From Podarcis bocagei (lineage: Eukaryota): DNA of 64,000 nucleotides. The notes under the pieces were generated by a model. It was not told the DNA's origin. It ran no database searches and worked only from the letters and a program-made list of their open reading frames with translations. The position numbers and the translations under genes were made by a program. Of this stretch, positions 62,371 to 64,000 are shown in pieces (position 1 is the stretch's first letter; each line of letters opens with the position of its first letter). The stretch lies in assembly GCA_964188305.1 (NCBI GenBank), contig OZ076885.1; one strand, given 5' to 3'.

Positions 62371-64000
62371 ATCTATGCTGTCGATTCTAAAGGATCCAGA
62401 ATGGATGACGATTTGGCTGTCCCTTTCATGCACAAATGAGAAGCTAATGGTGTACTCAAAGGCTTTACCATTCACTGCAGTGGAAGAGTCAGACTAGAAT
62501 ATGGGGAAGCCCGTAAACATTTTTGAAGTTCCAATTTATAAAGATGCTTATACCCTGGTTTTCATAACAGATAGATAGATAAATTGTAAAGGGAAAATTG
62601 GAGACGCCACTTTCAAACAGTTCTCACAATAGACAATTGTCAGAAAGGTTTGTTTCTCCTATCCCCTTTCCTTTTCCTTTCTCTCTCTGCAGTAGGTCCA
62701 AGAACCAAATATTTTTCTGTATTCAGAAGAAAAGCAAGTGGATAGACAGATGCCTGATGAATAATTTATCTTTGTCTATTTTCTTCACTATGCCTACTGC
62801 TCCTGCAAAATATGGCTTTGTACAGAGATGTAAGATAGCAAGAGCGTGGCATCACAGCTGAGGACTGACTTGTTTACAAAGGCAAAGCAAGTCTATCTTA
62901 GGGCAGATGGTTTGCCCTCATCATCCCTCTTGAGCAGTCCACCTGCTGCAAGCTGATTATCTATGCCGTCAGTTTGAAGGAGGAGATCTGTTCTGCCACT
63001 ATGTAGAAGGATTTGTTTTTGTCACCTGTTTGAGCCTCCCACAAATACAGCAGATCATTTGCAAGAGGCATCTTCATTAAGTGATGCTACTTTCTCTGTA
63101 ACATCAGTTGCTTTCTATGGCTTTTGGGGTTGTCTGGATTGCCCTTGCCTCAATTTCTTTTCTACACATAGCTGCCCTTGTGACACATTCTTTGTTTCCC
63201 CTAAATTTTCAGAAACTTACTACCCACTTGAAAGTAAGGGGGAGGGAATGGATTGACACAAAGAAACTAGGAAAACCAGGTTTATTTGCTTTATCAAAGG
63301 CATAAAGTAAGGCTTTGGTATTTTCCAGTTTTAAGCTATTAAAAGCGTTCCCAAACAGCCAGCTTCTGGAATGCTGGAAATTAATTATGAAACCCTGGCG
63401 TATTGGCATTGGTTAATTTCCATGCATTTATCTGGGTAAGTAACTTTAATCAAATGTTTATTGTGTTTTAAACTGGAAATACTGGAGAGCTGTTTCACTT
63501 GAGAGTCCTGCAACTATAAAGACTAGTTCACCCATCCACTTCACTATATTAAAATGACAGGTGTACAAGAGTGGCCCTGTAGTTAAGGCCCTGTAGTTAA
63601 GGAAAAACAACTTTCCACCATTACAAGACTCAAGATTCTAAAGGTTCATAAAAATGGCAGCGGTTGAGCTATTTGAAGCTTGAAGCTTGGTGTACACGAT
63701 CTTCCTGATTAATTCCATGAGTGTGCCGTATTTCCAACCAATCTAAAAAGATGCCATAGGTACAACAAATTTAAAAGTGCTAAAAATTGGCACTTTCCTT
63801 CACACACACGCACACACGCACACTCCCAAGAAACTGTCTTTATTTCCAATTTTTGCAATGTACTTTGTTCGGGTGTATTGTGGAGTGCAATCCTGCATTG
63901 CTTTGGCAAAGTCATGAGTAAGGGTTCAAAAGTTAATAGAGTTTTCCTGCCTCATGGAAGTCTGTGGAGAACAAAGAACTGACAGATAGTGCAGAGCGCG

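Overview
Eukaryotic vertebrate DNA, almost certainly a squamate reptile. Squam3B-type SINEs and the L2/CR1/hAT repertoire suggest a lacertid lizard (inference). About 98% of the window is intronic sequence of THSD7B on the + strand. Two internal coding exons are present, 52382-53219 (838 nt) and 55642-55893 (252 nt), equivalent to human exons 3 and 4. The preceding intron is over 52 kb and the next exon lies beyond the window. The rest is transposon-rich: tRNA-derived SINEs, CR1, L2, RTE-X and Penelope fragments, hAT and Tc1/mariner MITEs, a probable solo LTR, microsatellites and two N gaps. No prokaryotic-type system, CRISPR array, rRNA, intact transposase/RT ORF or endogenous virus is supported. 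I cannot support a wholly new biological system here. The best leads are (i) SINEs with different tRNA heads (Ile, Lys) on the same CR1 tail, with the partner CR1 in the window; (ii) a young hAT MITE carrying telomere-like, G4-prone repeats; (iii) an L2 tail 7 nt from a weak donor of a frame-symmetric exon, with an inverted partner upstream (exon-skipping or circRNA geometry); (iv) a roughly 9-aa lineage insertion in THSD7B. Repeat-family names and human comparisons are from memory, not database searches.
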